Below, in pieces: positions 36,639 to 53,842 of a stretch of 64,000 nt of DNA (the first letter of the stretch is position 1; every line of letters begins with the position of its first letter). The notes under the pieces are model-generated. The model was not told the origin of the DNA and did no database searches. It saw only the letters and a program-made list of their open reading frames with translations. The position numbers and the translations under genes are program-made. This DNA is from Polaromonas sp. (GTDB taxonomy: Bacteria > Pseudomonadota > Gammaproteobacteria > Burkholderiales > Burkholderiaceae_C): NCBI GenBank assembly GCA_031412235.1, contig JANOCP010000075.1, forward strand, positions 5,696 through 69,695, written 5' to 3'.

Positions 36639-37769
36639 CTAAACGTGGCCGGTCAAAGGGTGGCCATGCGCTTTGGCATAGGCCGCAGCTTGTGCCTGCT
36701 TGCGCTCGGTATCGGCGCGTTCCAGCCGTTCAAACAGCTCTGCCGTCCAGCGGGCGCGCTCTTCAAAGCTGCGGCGGGGTGGCTCAGCTGGCACGTCAGG
36801 CTCAGCTCCTGGTGGCAGTTTGGCAGCAGCCACCAAAAACTGATTGGCGGGCAGGGCAGCAAAGTGCTGTTTGGGGTCAGCGGGTGCCAGCAGCGCGGCA
36901 CCACTGGCTCGAGCCAGCAAGGCCAACTTGCGTTTGCCAGACACAACAGCGCGATGGTTGATGCTGTCCAGCCCGGCGCGTTCAAGTTCGCGGCCAATCT
37001 CCGCGTATACCAGCCGCGCCGCGCGTATGGCAGGGCGGCAGTCTCGTGGCAGCTGGCCAATGCCATGTTCTGATCGTTGATACAGTACATCAGCGGCTTT
37101 TATCAGGCGTTCAATCACGCTGGCGATGCGGGTGTCAAACACTGGGTTAGCGAGCCAGGCGTCAGGCTCAAGACCTGCCTCACGCATCCAGGCCAGCGGC
37201 AGGTAGAGACGGCCAAATCTGGCGTCTTCGCCCACGTCACGGGCTATGTTGGTCAGTTGCATGGCGACGCCCAAGTCACAGGCCCGAGCCAGGGCTTGTT
37301 CGCTTCTGGTGCGCATGACCACCGCCATCATGGCGCCTACGCTGCCGGCCACGCGCGCCCCATAGGCCTCCAGGTCTTCAATCGTTTCGTAACGGCGGCC
37401 TTCAGCGTCCCACTCAAAGCCTTCCAGCAGCGCTGCAACCAATTCGAGCGGCAAGTCAAATTCTCGTACTACTGCAGCCAAGGCCCTGTCGGGCGCGTGG
37501 GCCATCGGGTCGCCGGCGTAGACGCGCCGTAGCCGTTCATTCAGGGCTGCCAACGCGGTTACCCGGTCATCGCTGAAGTCAATCGCGTCATCGGCGACGC
37601 GGCAAAAGGCATACAGGGCAATGGCAGGGCCACGCACCCGGCCGGGTAGCAGGCGGGATGCTGCGAAAAAGGTTTTTGAGCCGCCGCGCATGAGCTCCTG
37701 GCAGGCTTCGTAGTCAAAGCCGTGCTTGTCAGTGCTTGGGGCTGCTCTAACTGCTTGCAATTCAGGCAT
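36639..37769 (-). CDS. crtB: Phytoene synthase
   Basis: Squalene/phytoene synthase Asp-rich motifs YAFCRVADDAID and NIARDVGEDARFGRLYLP. It overlaps the crtI stop. Confidence 0.9.
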   Translation of the reverse strand: MPELQAVRAAPSTDKHGFDYEACQELMRGGSKTFFAASRLLPGRVRGPAIALYAFCRVADDAIDFSDDRVTALAALNERLRRVYAGDPMAHAPDRALAAVVREFDLPLELVAALLEGFEWDAEGRRYETIEDLEAYGARVAGSVGAMMAVVMRTRSEQALARACDLGVAMQLTNIARDVGEDARFGRLYLPLAWMREAGLEPDAWLANPVFDTRIASVIERLIKAADVLYQRSEHGIGQLPRDCRPAIRAARLVYAEIGRELERAGLDSINHRAVVSGKRKLALLARASGAALLAPADPKQHFAALPANQFLVAAAKLPPGAEPDVPAEPPRRSFEERARWTAELFERLERADTERKQAQAAAYAKAHGHPLTGHV

Positions 37770-39351
37770 GGGATGGGTTGCGTATTTCGGGGATCACGGT
37801 TTGCAGCGCCTTGGCCGACATCAGTACGCCCGGCATGCCCGCGCCGGGGTGCGTGCTGGCTCCGACCATGAAGAGGCCTTCAATATCCTCGCTGCGGTTG
37901 TGGGGCCGAAACCAGGCGCTTTGCAGCAGCACCGGCTCCAGCCCAAAGGCAGCCCCCTTGTAGGACAGCAAGTCATCGTGGAAATGCTGCGGCGTCATCA
38001 CGTGTGAGGTCACGATGTGCTGGCTCAAGCCCGGCAACAAGGTTTCTTCAAGTCGCTTGCACACAGCCCGCCGGTAGGGTTCGGCGTGCTGTGCCCAGTT
38101 GGTGCCGCTGTCCAGGTGCGGCACCGGGGCCAGCACGTAAAAACAGTCGTGGCCCTGGGGCGCGACCGACGGGTCTGTCGCCGTGGGGCGGTGCAGATAC
38201 AAAGAGAAGTCATCGGTCAGCTTGTGGTTTTTAAAAATGTCGGTCAGCAAGCCTTCGTAGCGCGGACCCAGCGCCATGGTGTGGTGCGGTACATCGGGGT
38301 ATTGTTTGTTGGTGCCAAAGTACCAGACGAACAGGCTCATCGAATGCTTTCCGCTTTCAATTTTCTGGTCTGTCCAGTGACGGCGGTGTTCAGGTGCAAT
38401 CAGGTTTTTATACGTCCATGACGTGTCCGAGTTACACACCACGATATCGGCTGCCAGTGCTTCACCGCTGGCTAACTCAACACCTGTCGCGCGGCCACCT
38501 TCCACTACAATTTTGCGCACTTCGACGTTGTAGCGCACTGGCACGCCGCGCTCGGTCAGGAGCCTGACCATACCCTGAATAATCGCGCCTGTGCCGCCCA
38601 TGGCGGAGTACACGCCAAAGCGCCGCTCCAGCGCGTTGATGAGGCTGTAAACACCAGTCACGGAAAAAGGGTTGCCGCCAATCAGAAGCGTTTGCAGGCT
38701 CATTGCCATGCGCAGCTTGGGGTGTTTGAGGTAACTGGACACCAGGCTGTACATCGTGCGCCAGGCTTTCATCTTCATCATGGCGGGCAGGGCTGCCACC
38801 AGATCGCCAATGCTGTCAAAGGCTTTGCAGCCCAGCGTTTCAAAACCCAGGCGGTAGCATTTGTCAGCCTCTTGTACAAAGCGGTCGAAGCCTGCGGCAT
38901 CTTCTGGGCTGATGCGAACGACTTCAGCGCGCATACGTGCCGGGTCTCCGTTGTAGTCAAAGTGTGTACCGTCGTCAAACCGGACGCGGTAGAACGGGTC
39001 CATCAAGCGCAGCTCAACATCGTCAGCAAACTTCTTGCCGCACAGCGCCCAAAGTTCCTCAAACAAAAACGGCACGGTGACGATGGTTGGTCCGCCGTCA
39101 AAGGTGAAGCCGTCCTGTCGGCGCACATAGCCCCGCCCGCCTGGGCCATCAAGCTTTTCCAGCACAGTGACCTTGTAGCCCATCACAGACAGGCGGATGG
39201 CCGCAGCCAGCCCCCCAAAACCGGAGCCCACCACAATCGCGGTCTGCTCTCCTGCCGGGCCAGCGCCTGAGCCTTGGGCGACAAAACCAGCGGTGGGTGC
39301 TGCCGTCACTACATTGAGCGGCGAAAAAGGTGAACCTGTTGTAGACATCAA
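37762..39351 (-). CDS. crtI: Phytoene desaturase
   Basis: TAIVVGSGFGGLAAAIRL dinucleotide-binding motif. C-terminal ..MVGASTHPGAGMPGVLMSAK. Confidence 0.92.
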   Translation of the reverse strand: MMSTTGSPFSPLNVVTAAPTAGFVAQGSGAGPAGEQTAIVVGSGFGGLAAAIRLSVMGYKVTVLEKLDGPGGRGYVRRQDGFTFDGGPTIVTVPFLFEELWALCGKKFADDVELRLMDPFYRVRFDDGTHFDYNGDPARMRAEVVRISPEDAAGFDRFVQEADKCYRLGFETLGCKAFDSIGDLVAALPAMMKMKAWRTMYSLVSSYLKHPKLRMAMSLQTLLIGGNPFSVTGVYSLINALERRFGVYSAMGGTGAIIQGMVRLLTERGVPVRYNVEVRKIVVEGGRATGVELASGEALAADIVVCNSDTSWTYKNLIAPEHRRHWTDQKIESGKHSMSLFVWYFGTNKQYPDVPHHTMALGPRYEGLLTDIFKNHKLTDDFSLYLHRPTATDPSVAPQGHDCFYVLAPVPHLDSGTNWAQHAEPYRRAVCKRLEETLLPGLSQHIVTSHVMTPQHFHDDLLSYKGAAFGLEPVLLQSAWFRPHNRSEDIEGLFMVGASTHPGAGMPGVLMSAKALQTVIPEIRNPSHA

Positions 39352-39358
39352 TATCCCA

Positions 39359-40153
39359 TCAATCTGCTGCCACAGTTTGGGCGAGTGGCTTGCGATTGCG
39401 CATGGCCCAGCGCCACAGTGCCGTTGAAGGCAAGGGCAGTACCAGGAGAAAATGCTCCAAAATCGCCATGGCCAGCATAGTGCCGGCCAGGATCAAACCT
39501 ACCGACTCTGCGGTGCTGGTCGTGACGTCTACCGCGCGAATACCAACCAACACCAGAACCAGAGATGAAAGTGCTATCGAAACAGGCAAAAAAACATTCA
39601 TGGGACGCCGCTTGAAATAGCTGCCCATATAGGTCAGGTGCAGCGGCAAAAATTCTTCGGACAAATTGCGGACACCAAAAAACAGATTCAGCTTCGCGCT
39701 CGTACGCATCACCCACAGTACCGCAAACGTCCACAGGCCGACCTGGTTGGCGGCGTTCCAGGTGATGATGGCAATTGCCACGCCGCCAGCAAGTATGCCC
39801 AGCTCGTGCCAAAGAATGGCAGCCACGGCCTGATTAAAGCGTGGCCAGCCACTTGGTGCCGTGCAGGGCTGCTGGCGCGGACCGGTCAGCCAGCCGGTTA
39901 AAAACGTCAACTCGTGCCAGCCCCACACCAACAAAGCGCAGGTAAAAGCGCAATAGGCGTTGACGGCGCCTAAAGTATCCGCCGTATGCGAAAGGCCATA
40001 CAAGGCCGTCATGGCCAGAAGGGATGAGATCAGCACGCTCCATCTAAACGTAGTGCGAGGCATGCCGTTAAGCAGCAGCACCACACCTGTGGAGAACCAC
40101 CACACGAAGATCGCAAACAGGACAGGAGCAATCAGCTCAAACATATTGACCAA
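39359..40153 (-). CDS. puhE: Putative photosynthetic complex assembly protein PuhE (DUF3623)
   Basis: Polytopic. MFELIAPVLFAIFVWWFSTGVVLLLN.. and its position after acsF are typical of PuhE. Confidence 0.8.
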   Translation of the reverse strand: MVNMFELIAPVLFAIFVWWFSTGVVLLLNGMPRTTFRWSVLISSLLAMTALYGLSHTADTLGAVNAYCAFTCALLVWGWHELTFLTGWLTGPRQQPCTAPSGWPRFNQAVAAILWHELGILAGGVAIAIITWNAANQVGLWTFAVLWVMRTSAKLNLFFGVRNLSEEFLPLHLTYMGSYFKRRPMNVFLPVSIALSSLVLVLVGIRAVDVTTSTAESVGLILAGTMLAMAILEHFLLVLPLPSTALWRWAMRNRKPLAQTVAAD

Positions 40154-40174
40154 GGTGGTGACGCAATCACATCT

Positions 40175-41263
40175 TTACCAAACAGGCTGCATGCGGATTT
40201 GCGCAGGCAGCTCGTGCTGCTTCATGGGCAACAGATACAAACGCACAAAAGTCGCCGCACCCACCACCGCCCAATAACCCTGCTTGAGCCAGCCCAGTGG
40301 GCCGCCCCGCGCCTTGGCAGCTGTGATGCCGGTTTGCGCTTCAAACAAGCGCGTCATGCCAGCGCGAAAAGTCGGGTTGTCAATGTCCAGCGACACAGGA
40401 AAAACCTGTTTCGTGATGTCGTTGGTGATGCGAAACACCTCGTAGTCGTAAGCAGTGGGATCCAGGCCCATCGCCGCCTTTAGCTGCGGGCGGGTGTGGT
40501 CACGCACATACATCGTGCCGTATACCGCCAGCAGGAAAAAACGAATCCACAGCACATTCAAGCCCTTGAGCAAATGGGGCTGCGCGCGCATGATGAGCGC
40601 AAACGATTCGCCATGGCGAAATTCGTCGTTACACCAGCGCTCAAACCACCGGAAGATCGGGTGAAAGCGCTTGTCGGGGTTGCGCTCCAGCTGCCGGAAG
40701 ATGGTGATGTAGCGGGCGTAGCCGATTTTCTCGCTCAGGTAGGTCGCGTAAAAAATGTACTTGGGTTTGAAGTAGGTGTAAGCCTTGGTGCGCTTTAAGT
40801 CACCCAGGTCAAGCCCCAAGCCAAAGTCTTTGAGTGACTGGTTGATGAACCCGGCATGGCGGGATTCATCACGCGCCATGTAACGCATCAGCGCCTTGAT
40901 GTCGGGGTTAGTCACGTTCTTTTGAATCTCGTTGTACAAAATACAGCCTGAAAACTCAGACGTCAGAGAACTGATTAAAAACTCGATGAACTCTTGCCGC
41001 AGCTCGGGGCTGACTTTAGAAAAATGCTCGGCCACTTCAACTGCAAACTCGGGTGTGCGCTGAAAGTGGTCATGGTTGTTGTCGCCCTCGTACTCAGCCA
41101 GCATGGTGTCCCATTCAGCGCGAAGCGACGACACATCGATCTTGTCCATGGCGTCGAAGTCAGTGGTGTAAAAACGCGGGCTGAGGAGCGTGTCTTGCTT
41201 GGCCTGAAGTGCGGCTGACTCAGATGTCGTGGCAGTAGCTGGCCCTGTGGCTGTCGCTGGCAT
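40175..41263 (-). CDS. acsF: Aerobic Mg-protoporphyrin IX monomethyl ester oxidative cyclase
   Basis: [14 protein letters not shown] and the di-iron ExxH motifs ([20 protein letters not shown]). Confidence 0.93.
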   Translation of the reverse strand: MPATATGPATATTSESAALQAKQDTLLSPRFYTTDFDAMDKIDVSSLRAEWDTMLAEYEGDNNHDHFQRTPEFAVEVAEHFSKVSPELRQEFIEFLISSLTSEFSGCILYNEIQKNVTNPDIKALMRYMARDESRHAGFINQSLKDFGLGLDLGDLKRTKAYTYFKPKYIFYATYLSEKIGYARYITIFRQLERNPDKRFHPIFRWFERWCNDEFRHGESFALIMRAQPHLLKGLNVLWIRFFLLAVYGTMYVRDHTRPQLKAAMGLDPTAYDYEVFRITNDITKQVFPVSLDIDNPTFRAGMTRLFEAQTGITAAKARGGPLGWLKQGYWAVVGAATFVRLYLLPMKQHELPAQIRMQPVW

Positions 41264-41302
41264 GGTGCTGTCCTGATGTGATGAGTATTGACTGGGCGCC
41301 GA

Positions 41303-41779
41303 TTACCTGGCTTGAGGCTGCATCGTGAGAAACGGCGCAAATACCGCAGCGTTGGTAGGCCCAAATGATTCTAGGTCGACACGCTGGCCTGAGACGGGGT
41401 CAAACAGGGTTAACCTTCCGTCGGTGCGGGAGATCAGTTTGAACGGCTGCTCAGGGCCGATTTTGCGCGCTATGCGGTCGCGGGCTAACGCGCGTATTGC
41501 GCCACGGAAAAACCCCTGCTCACCTGTCACGGTGGTCAGCAGCTTGCCGGTCTCGCCGTCAATGACTGCCACGCCGCCGTCCGCACGATCTTCAAAGCGC
41601 AGCAGCCTTTCACTGACGGTGGCCGCGGCCAATTGGTCTGGCCCATTGCCTGTGATGCGAACCAGCGCCACCGCACCTATCGTAAACGTCAGCAGGCAGG
41701 CCGCTGTCCACAAAACCCAGCGCGGAAAGGTGTCAGGGGTGCTGGACGGCATGGCGTTTGAAAGTGCAGAGGTGGTCAT
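41303..41779 (-). CDS. puhC: Photosynthetic complex assembly protein PuhC
   Basis: 158 aa, single N-terminal TM (FPRWVLWTAACLLTFTIGAVALVRITG). Position puhA-puhB-puhC. Confidence 0.8.
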   Translation of the reverse strand: MTTSALSNAMPSSTPDTFPRWVLWTAACLLTFTIGAVALVRITGNGPDQLAAATVSERLLRFEDRADGGVAVIDGETGKLLTTVTGEQGFFRGAIRALARDRIARKIGPEQPFKLISRTDGRLTLFDPVSGQRVDLESFGPTNAAVFAPFLTMQPQAR

Positions 41780-41810
41780 GGTTGTCTAAAACAAAGTTCA
41801 ATTTGCCAAG

Positions 41811-42488
41811 TTACTTGCTGGCAGCCAGCTGCCAATTGGCGGACTTAGCCTCGATTGGCGATAGCACTGGTGCGCTGACCTTGCCAGTGTTTTGTATCCA
41901 GGCCTTATGCAGCATGGCTGCAAAGGTTTGTACGTCTGCAATACAGCGTAGCATGGGTTCTGGCTTGGCAAGGTGCCAGGGCCTTGCGTGTGGCCACAAA
42001 TTCAGCCAGCCAATGCGATCGCCGCCACTCAGAGCCAAAGGAATATCCCCAAAACCTTTGCGTGCAAGCAGCAGGCCAGCAGCATCAATCCGCTTGAGCG
42101 GCAGGTTAAATGTCAGCGTCAGCACAATGCCAATGCGCATCACCACGCGCTGGTCTGTAAGCGTGTAGGCTGTGGTACGTGCCGTCAGCCACGCAAGGAT
42201 GCCCAGTGCTGCAAGTGCTGTCAGAGCCAGTCCAGCTACCAGCATTACGCCGGCCAGTATGGTCATTGCATGGGCGTCAAGTGAGTACAAATAAGTCCCT
42301 CTAACGACCATCAGCACCACAAAATAAACAGCGATCTTTTTCATGTGAAAGACGCGCACTGCCAGATCTGCAAAGTCAGGCGCACCCTGCCACAAAATGC
42401 TTTCGCCCTTGGGCAGCGGTTCGGGCAGGCCGTAGGCTGCTTCAAACTCGTGCTCGTGACCATTGCTCTTGATGTTCTGAATACTCAC
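41811..42488 (-). CDS. puhB: Photosynthetic complex assembly protein PuhB
   Basis: GESILWQGAPDFADLAVRVFHMKKIAVYF.. with a bPH-type architecture. ATGA-type overlap with puhA. Confidence 0.8.
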   Translation of the reverse strand: MSIQNIKSNGHEHEFEAAYGLPEPLPKGESILWQGAPDFADLAVRVFHMKKIAVYFVVLMVVRGTYLYSLDAHAMTILAGVMLVAGLALTALAALGILAWLTARTTAYTLTDQRVVMRIGIVLTLTFNLPLKRIDAAGLLLARKGFGDIPLALSGGDRIGWLNLWPHARPWHLAKPEPMLRCIADVQTFAAMLHKAWIQNTGKVSAPVLSPIEAKSANWQLAASK

Positions 42489-43255
42489 AGCAGTGGCTCC
42501 GCACGGGTTGGATCTGCGTATAGCGTGCCACCACCGTAATAGGCGCTGATTTTCTCCTCTTCCAGCAGCGTGACCTGGTCAGCGTTCTGGATGCCGGGGA
42601 CATCGGTAAACTGGGCGGCGTAAATGCTGTGCGCCTTGACGCTGTCGCGCTTGATACGGGCAAAGGGCACGGGCAGCAAGACCCTGCGGCCACTGCCGTC
42701 AACGCTAAGTTCGACTTCAACAAAGCGGAACATCATCTCGCAGGTGTCAACCCACATGTCGACCACCTTGCCAGCAACTTTGTTGTCAGTACCGAGCACC
42801 GGCAAACCGCGTGGGTCGGTGTCGTTTTTGGATACGCCAAAACCATTGAGCACCCGCAGCGGGCGAATGATAGGCAGGCCATGCAAGTCCATGTCGGGCA
42901 CATCGGCACGCATGGTGTAAGCGCCCGCGCCGACCCCAGATGTCATCAGGTCGCCGGTTGGAATGTAGGGGTTGCCGAAGGACGCGCCGTCGCGGCGGGT
43001 GTTGACGGGTGGCTCGGGGCGATTTAGCTCCGGTACTGTGACTTCTTTGCCATTGGCCAGCTTGAAGGTTTTGGGCGAGGGAATCGGCCACCCTGTGATG
43101 GGCAATGAACCAGGTCGCTCTTCAGACTCCATCGGATAGCCTTCGCGGTGATTTTCAAGCACCAGGTAATAAATGATGCCTGCAAAAAACAGCCAGAAAG
43201 CGTACAGAACAATCTGGGCTAGATCGAGATAACCTGTGATGGCGCCTACTTGCAT
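42485..43255 (-). CDS. puhA: Photosynthetic reaction centre H subunit
   Basis: ITGYLDLAQIVLYAFWLFFAGIIYYLVLENHREGYPMES N-terminal helix and PRC-barrel C-terminal part. Confidence 0.93.
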   Translation of the reverse strand: MQVGAITGYLDLAQIVLYAFWLFFAGIIYYLVLENHREGYPMESEERPGSLPITGWPIPSPKTFKLANGKEVTVPELNRPEPPVNTRRDGASFGNPYIPTGDLMTSGVGAGAYTMRADVPDMDLHGLPIIRPLRVLNGFGVSKNDTDPRGLPVLGTDNKVAGKVVDMWVDTCEMMFRFVEVELSVDGSGRRVLLPVPFARIKRDSVKAHSIYAAQFTDVPGIQNADQVTLLEEEKISAYYGGGTLYADPTRAEPLL

Positions 43256-43331
43256 GATGGATCTCCTAAAAAGTAGCGGTTGCTCGGGTAAGTGGTTAAA
43301 ACAGAGGATAAAAACTTGACCAAAAAATCAA

Positions 43332-44792
43332 TCATCCTGGCAGATCGGCCATGCCAAAACGTTCAACTTTTGCTGGCTGACTGCTGGTTTGCAGAGTGGC
43401 GCGCCTGACGAGCGGTCCAATGGCTGCCAACGTCACAAAAAGCAGGCAAATTTCGGTGTAGTAAACAAAGCTGTAGCCAGTGACAGGTACGGCCAGAGCG
43501 GATCCGAGCGAGCCTTGCAGCGCCAGGCTGGATACAAAGTCACGCGCCGCCCCGCCAAAGGCAATCGACAAGCCCGCCGCTGTGGCTTGAACCGCACCCC
43601 AGGCGCCGAGTGCAAGACCAACGAATTCTTTGCGCTCCATGCTCATGGCTGCAGCCAGGGTGCTCACTGAAAATAGTCCGGCACCAAATCCAATGCAAAA
43701 CACACCCGAGTAAAACAGCCAGGTGGCATCAAGCGGTGCCGCAAAAATAACCCCTGAAAAGCCGGGCAAACCACACACCACACCATAGGCCGCCAGCCGG
43801 CAAGGATCAATGCCGTTTGACAGCTTGCGTGATGCCACCGCAAATGCCACCAGTGAACCACTGGCCAGCAGAGCTGTCAGCATGGTGGTCGCGCTGACGG
43901 TAAGTTTCAAAATCTCGCCGCCGTAAGGCTCTAAAACAATGTCTTGCATGTTGAATGCAGCAGTGCCCAAAGCCACCATGGCCAAAAACCTGCGGGCCTT
44001 GCCATTGCTGATGAAACGCTGCCAGGTATCTTTAAAAACCGGCACTGGTTCAAGCTTCAGAGCGGCAGCCCGTACCGGGTCACGCGCCTCTTGCTTCCAA
44101 AGGGCAATTGCGTTCAACACCAGCGTCAAAACCGCATGGCCTTGTATAGCTTGAATCATTTTTTTGGGCGTGAAGTCTTGCAGCATTAAACTGAAGACGA
44201 AACTGCTGCCCACCATCCCTAGCAGCAGCATGACGTACATCAACGCTACCACCCGCGGACGGGTCGGCTCATCTGCCAAATCGGTGGCCAGCGCCAGGCC
44301 AGCCGTTTGCGAGGTTTGCAAACCAATGCCTACCAATAAGAATGACAGGCCAGCAATTGCCTGATTCAACCAGTCAGGGGTGCGTATGTCACCTTGCCCT
44401 GTCAACACCAGCAGGGCAAACGGCATAAAGGTCAGGCCCATGAATTGCAGCATCGTACCTGTCCAGATGAAAGGTACCCGCCGCCATCCAAAGGCTGATC
44501 GGTGTGTGTCGGAGCGAAAGCCCGTGACAGCCCGAAACGGTGCGACCAGCAACGGTATGGCCACCATGAGTGCGACCAGCCAGGCGGCAACGCCAAGCTC
44601 GACAATCATTACACGGTTGAGTGTGCCGACCATCAGTGCCGCAGACATGCCGACAGTGACCTGAAATAAGGACAACCTAAGCAGGCGGCCGAGCGGCAAA
44701 CTTGCGCTGGCAGCGTCTGCGAACGGCAGAAACTGCATGGGCACGCGGCGAATGCCATTTTTAAAGCTTGGGATTTTCACAGCCTTGTCCAC
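43332..44792 (-). CDS. lhaA: LhaA (PucC/BCD-family MFS protein, LH1 assembly)
   Basis: 12-TM MFS-like protein (LRLSLFQVTVGMSAALMVGTLNRVMIVELG), between bchM and puhA. The start could be the downstream Met (44738). Confidence 0.85.
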   Translation of the reverse strand: MDKAVKIPSFKNGIRRVPMQFLPFADAASASLPLGRLLRLSLFQVTVGMSAALMVGTLNRVMIVELGVAAWLVALMVAIPLLVAPFRAVTGFRSDTHRSAFGWRRVPFIWTGTMLQFMGLTFMPFALLVLTGQGDIRTPDWLNQAIAGLSFLLVGIGLQTSQTAGLALATDLADEPTRPRVVALMYVMLLLGMVGSSFVFSLMLQDFTPKKMIQAIQGHAVLTLVLNAIALWKQEARDPVRAAALKLEPVPVFKDTWQRFISNGKARRFLAMVALGTAAFNMQDIVLEPYGGEILKLTVSATTMLTALLASGSLVAFAVASRKLSNGIDPCRLAAYGVVCGLPGFSGVIFAAPLDATWLFYSGVFCIGFGAGLFSVSTLAAAMSMERKEFVGLALGAWGAVQATAAGLSIAFGGAARDFVSSLALQGSLGSALAVPVTGYSFVYYTEICLLFVTLAAIGPLVRRATLQTSSQPAKVERFGMADLPG

Positions 44793-45481
44793 TCCATGGC
44801 TTGTGATTTGTAAAAGCCGCTGGAGATGCGCTCATCCCGGCTGTGCTGCCATGCCTCTAACACCTCATCTTGTGCCATGAGTTGCAGGAGCTTTGCTTTG
44901 GCCATTGGCTCCAGCCATGGCGCCCGATTGGTACGCGGCAGTAAACGACCCACTGAAATCATGACAGCCAGCAGGGGTGTGCGCGGCGCAAAAGTAAAGG
45001 CAATTGAGGTAGATGTGCGCTCTGCCAGCCGCGACAGGGCCGACACCGCATCTTTGGTTTCGTAGTGAATGACTGAGTCCATCGCTATGACGTGATCGAA
45101 ACTGCCTAACTGCACATCCAGCATGTCTCCGCTGCGAAAATCAAGCGAACCACCATTGGGCAGAGACTGGGGTGCCCTCTTTCTGGCCAGTTCCACTAAC
45201 TTAGGGGACAAGTCAATCGCCACGACATCCGCGCCACGGCGTGCGGCCTCGACAGCTAAAGCACCAGTACCGCAGCCGGCATCCAGAACACGCCGTCCGC
45301 TCAAGTCATCAGGTAGCCAGGACAGCAAGGTTCCTCGCATTTTGTCGCGCCCGGCACGCACAGTGGCGCGGATACGCCCGACCGGGGCATCGGAGGTGAG
45401 TTGCTCCCAAGCTTGCACGGCAGTGCGATCAAAGTAGTCTTCGATCTGGCTGCGCCGGCTGGTATAGGTTGCTGTTTCCAC
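44777..45481 (-). CDS. bchM: Mg-protoporphyrin IX methyltransferase
   Basis: SAM motif VLDAGCGTGALAVEAARRGADVVAIDLS. Typical BchM length. Confidence 0.92.
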   Translation of the reverse strand: METATYTSRRSQIEDYFDRTAVQAWEQLTSDAPVGRIRATVRAGRDKMRGTLLSWLPDDLSGRRVLDAGCGTGALAVEAARRGADVVAIDLSPKLVELARKRAPQSLPNGGSLDFRSGDMLDVQLGSFDHVIAMDSVIHYETKDAVSALSRLAERTSTSIAFTFAPRTPLLAVMISVGRLLPRTNRAPWLEPMAKAKLLQLMAQDEVLEAWQHSRDERISSGFYKSQAMEWTRL

Positions 45482-45492
45482 TGCTGATACCT

Positions 45493-50187
<4,695 letters not shown>

Positions 50188-50213
<26 letters not shown>

Positions 50214-51786
50214 CGTAGAGGGTCTCTATAGTGATGACGGGCAGGCCCTTGTCCCTTGCATACATCTCAGTGTTGCGGCGAGCCTTGCCGCGCACGAAAA
50301 ACGGAATTTTCTTGAGTTCTTTTTCAGCTTCTGCGCCCCACACTGCGTTGACGGTTGTGGTCGCAGCCTGTTCTATCGCCTCAGCCGACGTTTTGGCAGC
50401 GCTTGAAATAGCTTCAGTGGCCTCTAGTGTGGCGGCGGCTTTGCTGACCACAGCTGATTTGCCCAAATGCGATGGGCTGGCATCTTCATGAAATTCAGCG
50501 TCGCCTCTGAACATCCCAATCAAATGCTCTTCCAGCCCCATCATGAGCGGATGTACCCAGGTATCGAACATGACGTTCGCGCCCTCAAATCCCATTTGAG
50601 GGGAATAGCGCGCCGGGAAATCCTGCACATGTACGGGCGCTGAGATCACTGCGCACGGTATGCCGAGTCGCTTGGCAATGTGCCGCTCCATTTGCGAGCC
50701 CAGGACCAGCTCGGGCTGTAACTCTGCAACCTTGGCTTCTACTTCCAGATAGTCATCGGTGATCAAAGGCTCAATGCCGTACAGCTTGGCTGCTTCGCGG
50801 ACTTCGCGTGCGTGCTCGCGGCTATAGGTGCCCAAGCCAACCACAGTGAAGCCCAGTTCGCGACTGGCAATGCGGGCTGCTGCCACAGCATGCGTTGCAT
50901 CGCCAAATACAAATACGCGTTTGTTGGTCAGGTAGGTCGAGTCGACCGACTTGGCGTACCACGGTGCTCTGGCGTCAGCGCTGGCTAGTACCGCCGTGAC
51001 TTTGCTCGCATCAACGCCCGCCAATTGAGCCACTTCACTGATGAATTCCCGAGTCGCACCTGATCCAATCGGGACAATTTTGGTAGCGGGTTGACCAAAC
51101 GTACGGGTCAGCCATTGCGCGGCAACAGATGCAATTTCAGGATACAGCACCACATTGAAGTCAGCATTGCCCAGACGTGCCATGTCAGCAGGCGTGGCAC
51201 CTAGCGGCGCAACTACATTGATGTCAATGCCCAATTGGCCGAGCAGTCCGGTGATTTCACGCAGGTCGTCACGATGCCTGAAACCCAGCGCGGTTGGGCC
51301 GAGAATATTGCAGCTTTTGCGGTCGTTTGCAGTGCGTTCAGTTTTGGGTTTGGCAAGTGAACGCACCAATTGATAAAAAGTTTCAGACGCGCCCCAGTTT
51401 TCTTTGCGCTGGTAGCTGGGCAGTTCCAGTGCAACTACAGGAATCGGCAAATCCAGCGCCTTGGCCAGACCGCCCGGATCGTCTTGAATCAACTCGGCTG
51501 TGCATGACGCACCGACCAGCATGGCTTTGGGTTGGAAGCGCTCAAAAGCTTCGCGTGCGGCTGTTTTAAACAGTTCTGCGGTGTCGCCACCCAAGTCACG
51601 CGCCTGGAATGTGGTGTAGGTCACAGGCGGGCGCTTTGGCAGGCGCTCTATCATCGTGAACAGCAAGTCGGCATAGGTGTCACCTTGCGGGGCATGCAGC
51701 ACGTAATGCACGTCCTCCATGGCCGTGGCGACTCGCATGGCGCCGACATGCGGCGGGCCTTCGTATGTCCAGAGGGTGAGCTGCAT
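50188..51786 (-). CDS. bchB: Light-independent protochlorophyllide reductase subunit B
   Basis: [48 protein letters not shown] is a canonical BchB/ChlB N-terminus. Confidence 0.95.
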
Positions 51787-51795
51787 TTGTATGTC

Positions 51796-53618
<1,823 letters not shown>

Positions 53619-53620
53619 GG

Positions 53621-53665
53621 GTGCAATTTAGCCCCACAAGTTCAAAGTGTCAATCTATATTGACG
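53621..53665 (-). promoter_or_regulatory. bchF promoter with PpsR/CrtJ-type palindromes, read on the minus strand
   Basis: The minus strand reads CGTCAATATAGATTGACA-ctttgaact-TGTGGGGCTAAATTGCAC-cc-ATG. Site 1 is cGT-N12-ACA and ends in TTGACA. A 17-nt spacer leads to a TAAATT -10, then 6 nt, then the bchF ATG. Site 2 is degenerate (TGT-N12-CAC). Confidence 0.6.
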
Positions 53666-53842
53666 TAAATTAAGGTTGACAGTATTTATTGAACTTAAAA
53701 AGTCATAAATCAGTAGAAACTTGATTGACCTCAATCGTTTTCGACTGTAAAAGCTGTGTAGCTTTGGCGAGGCTGCCTTCATGGACTACTCGCGGCGCTA
53801 TTTTTTTAGGTAGAGACTTATTAAAAATATCGGCAACGCAAC

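Noticed and set aside
53664-53681. Additional PpsR-like half-match CGTAAATTAAGGTTGACA overlapping the bchF site by 2 nt
   Set aside because: It is imperfect (cGT). It overlaps the better site and has no consistent spacing to a partner or promoter on the aerR side. I kept only the bchF-oriented interpretation.
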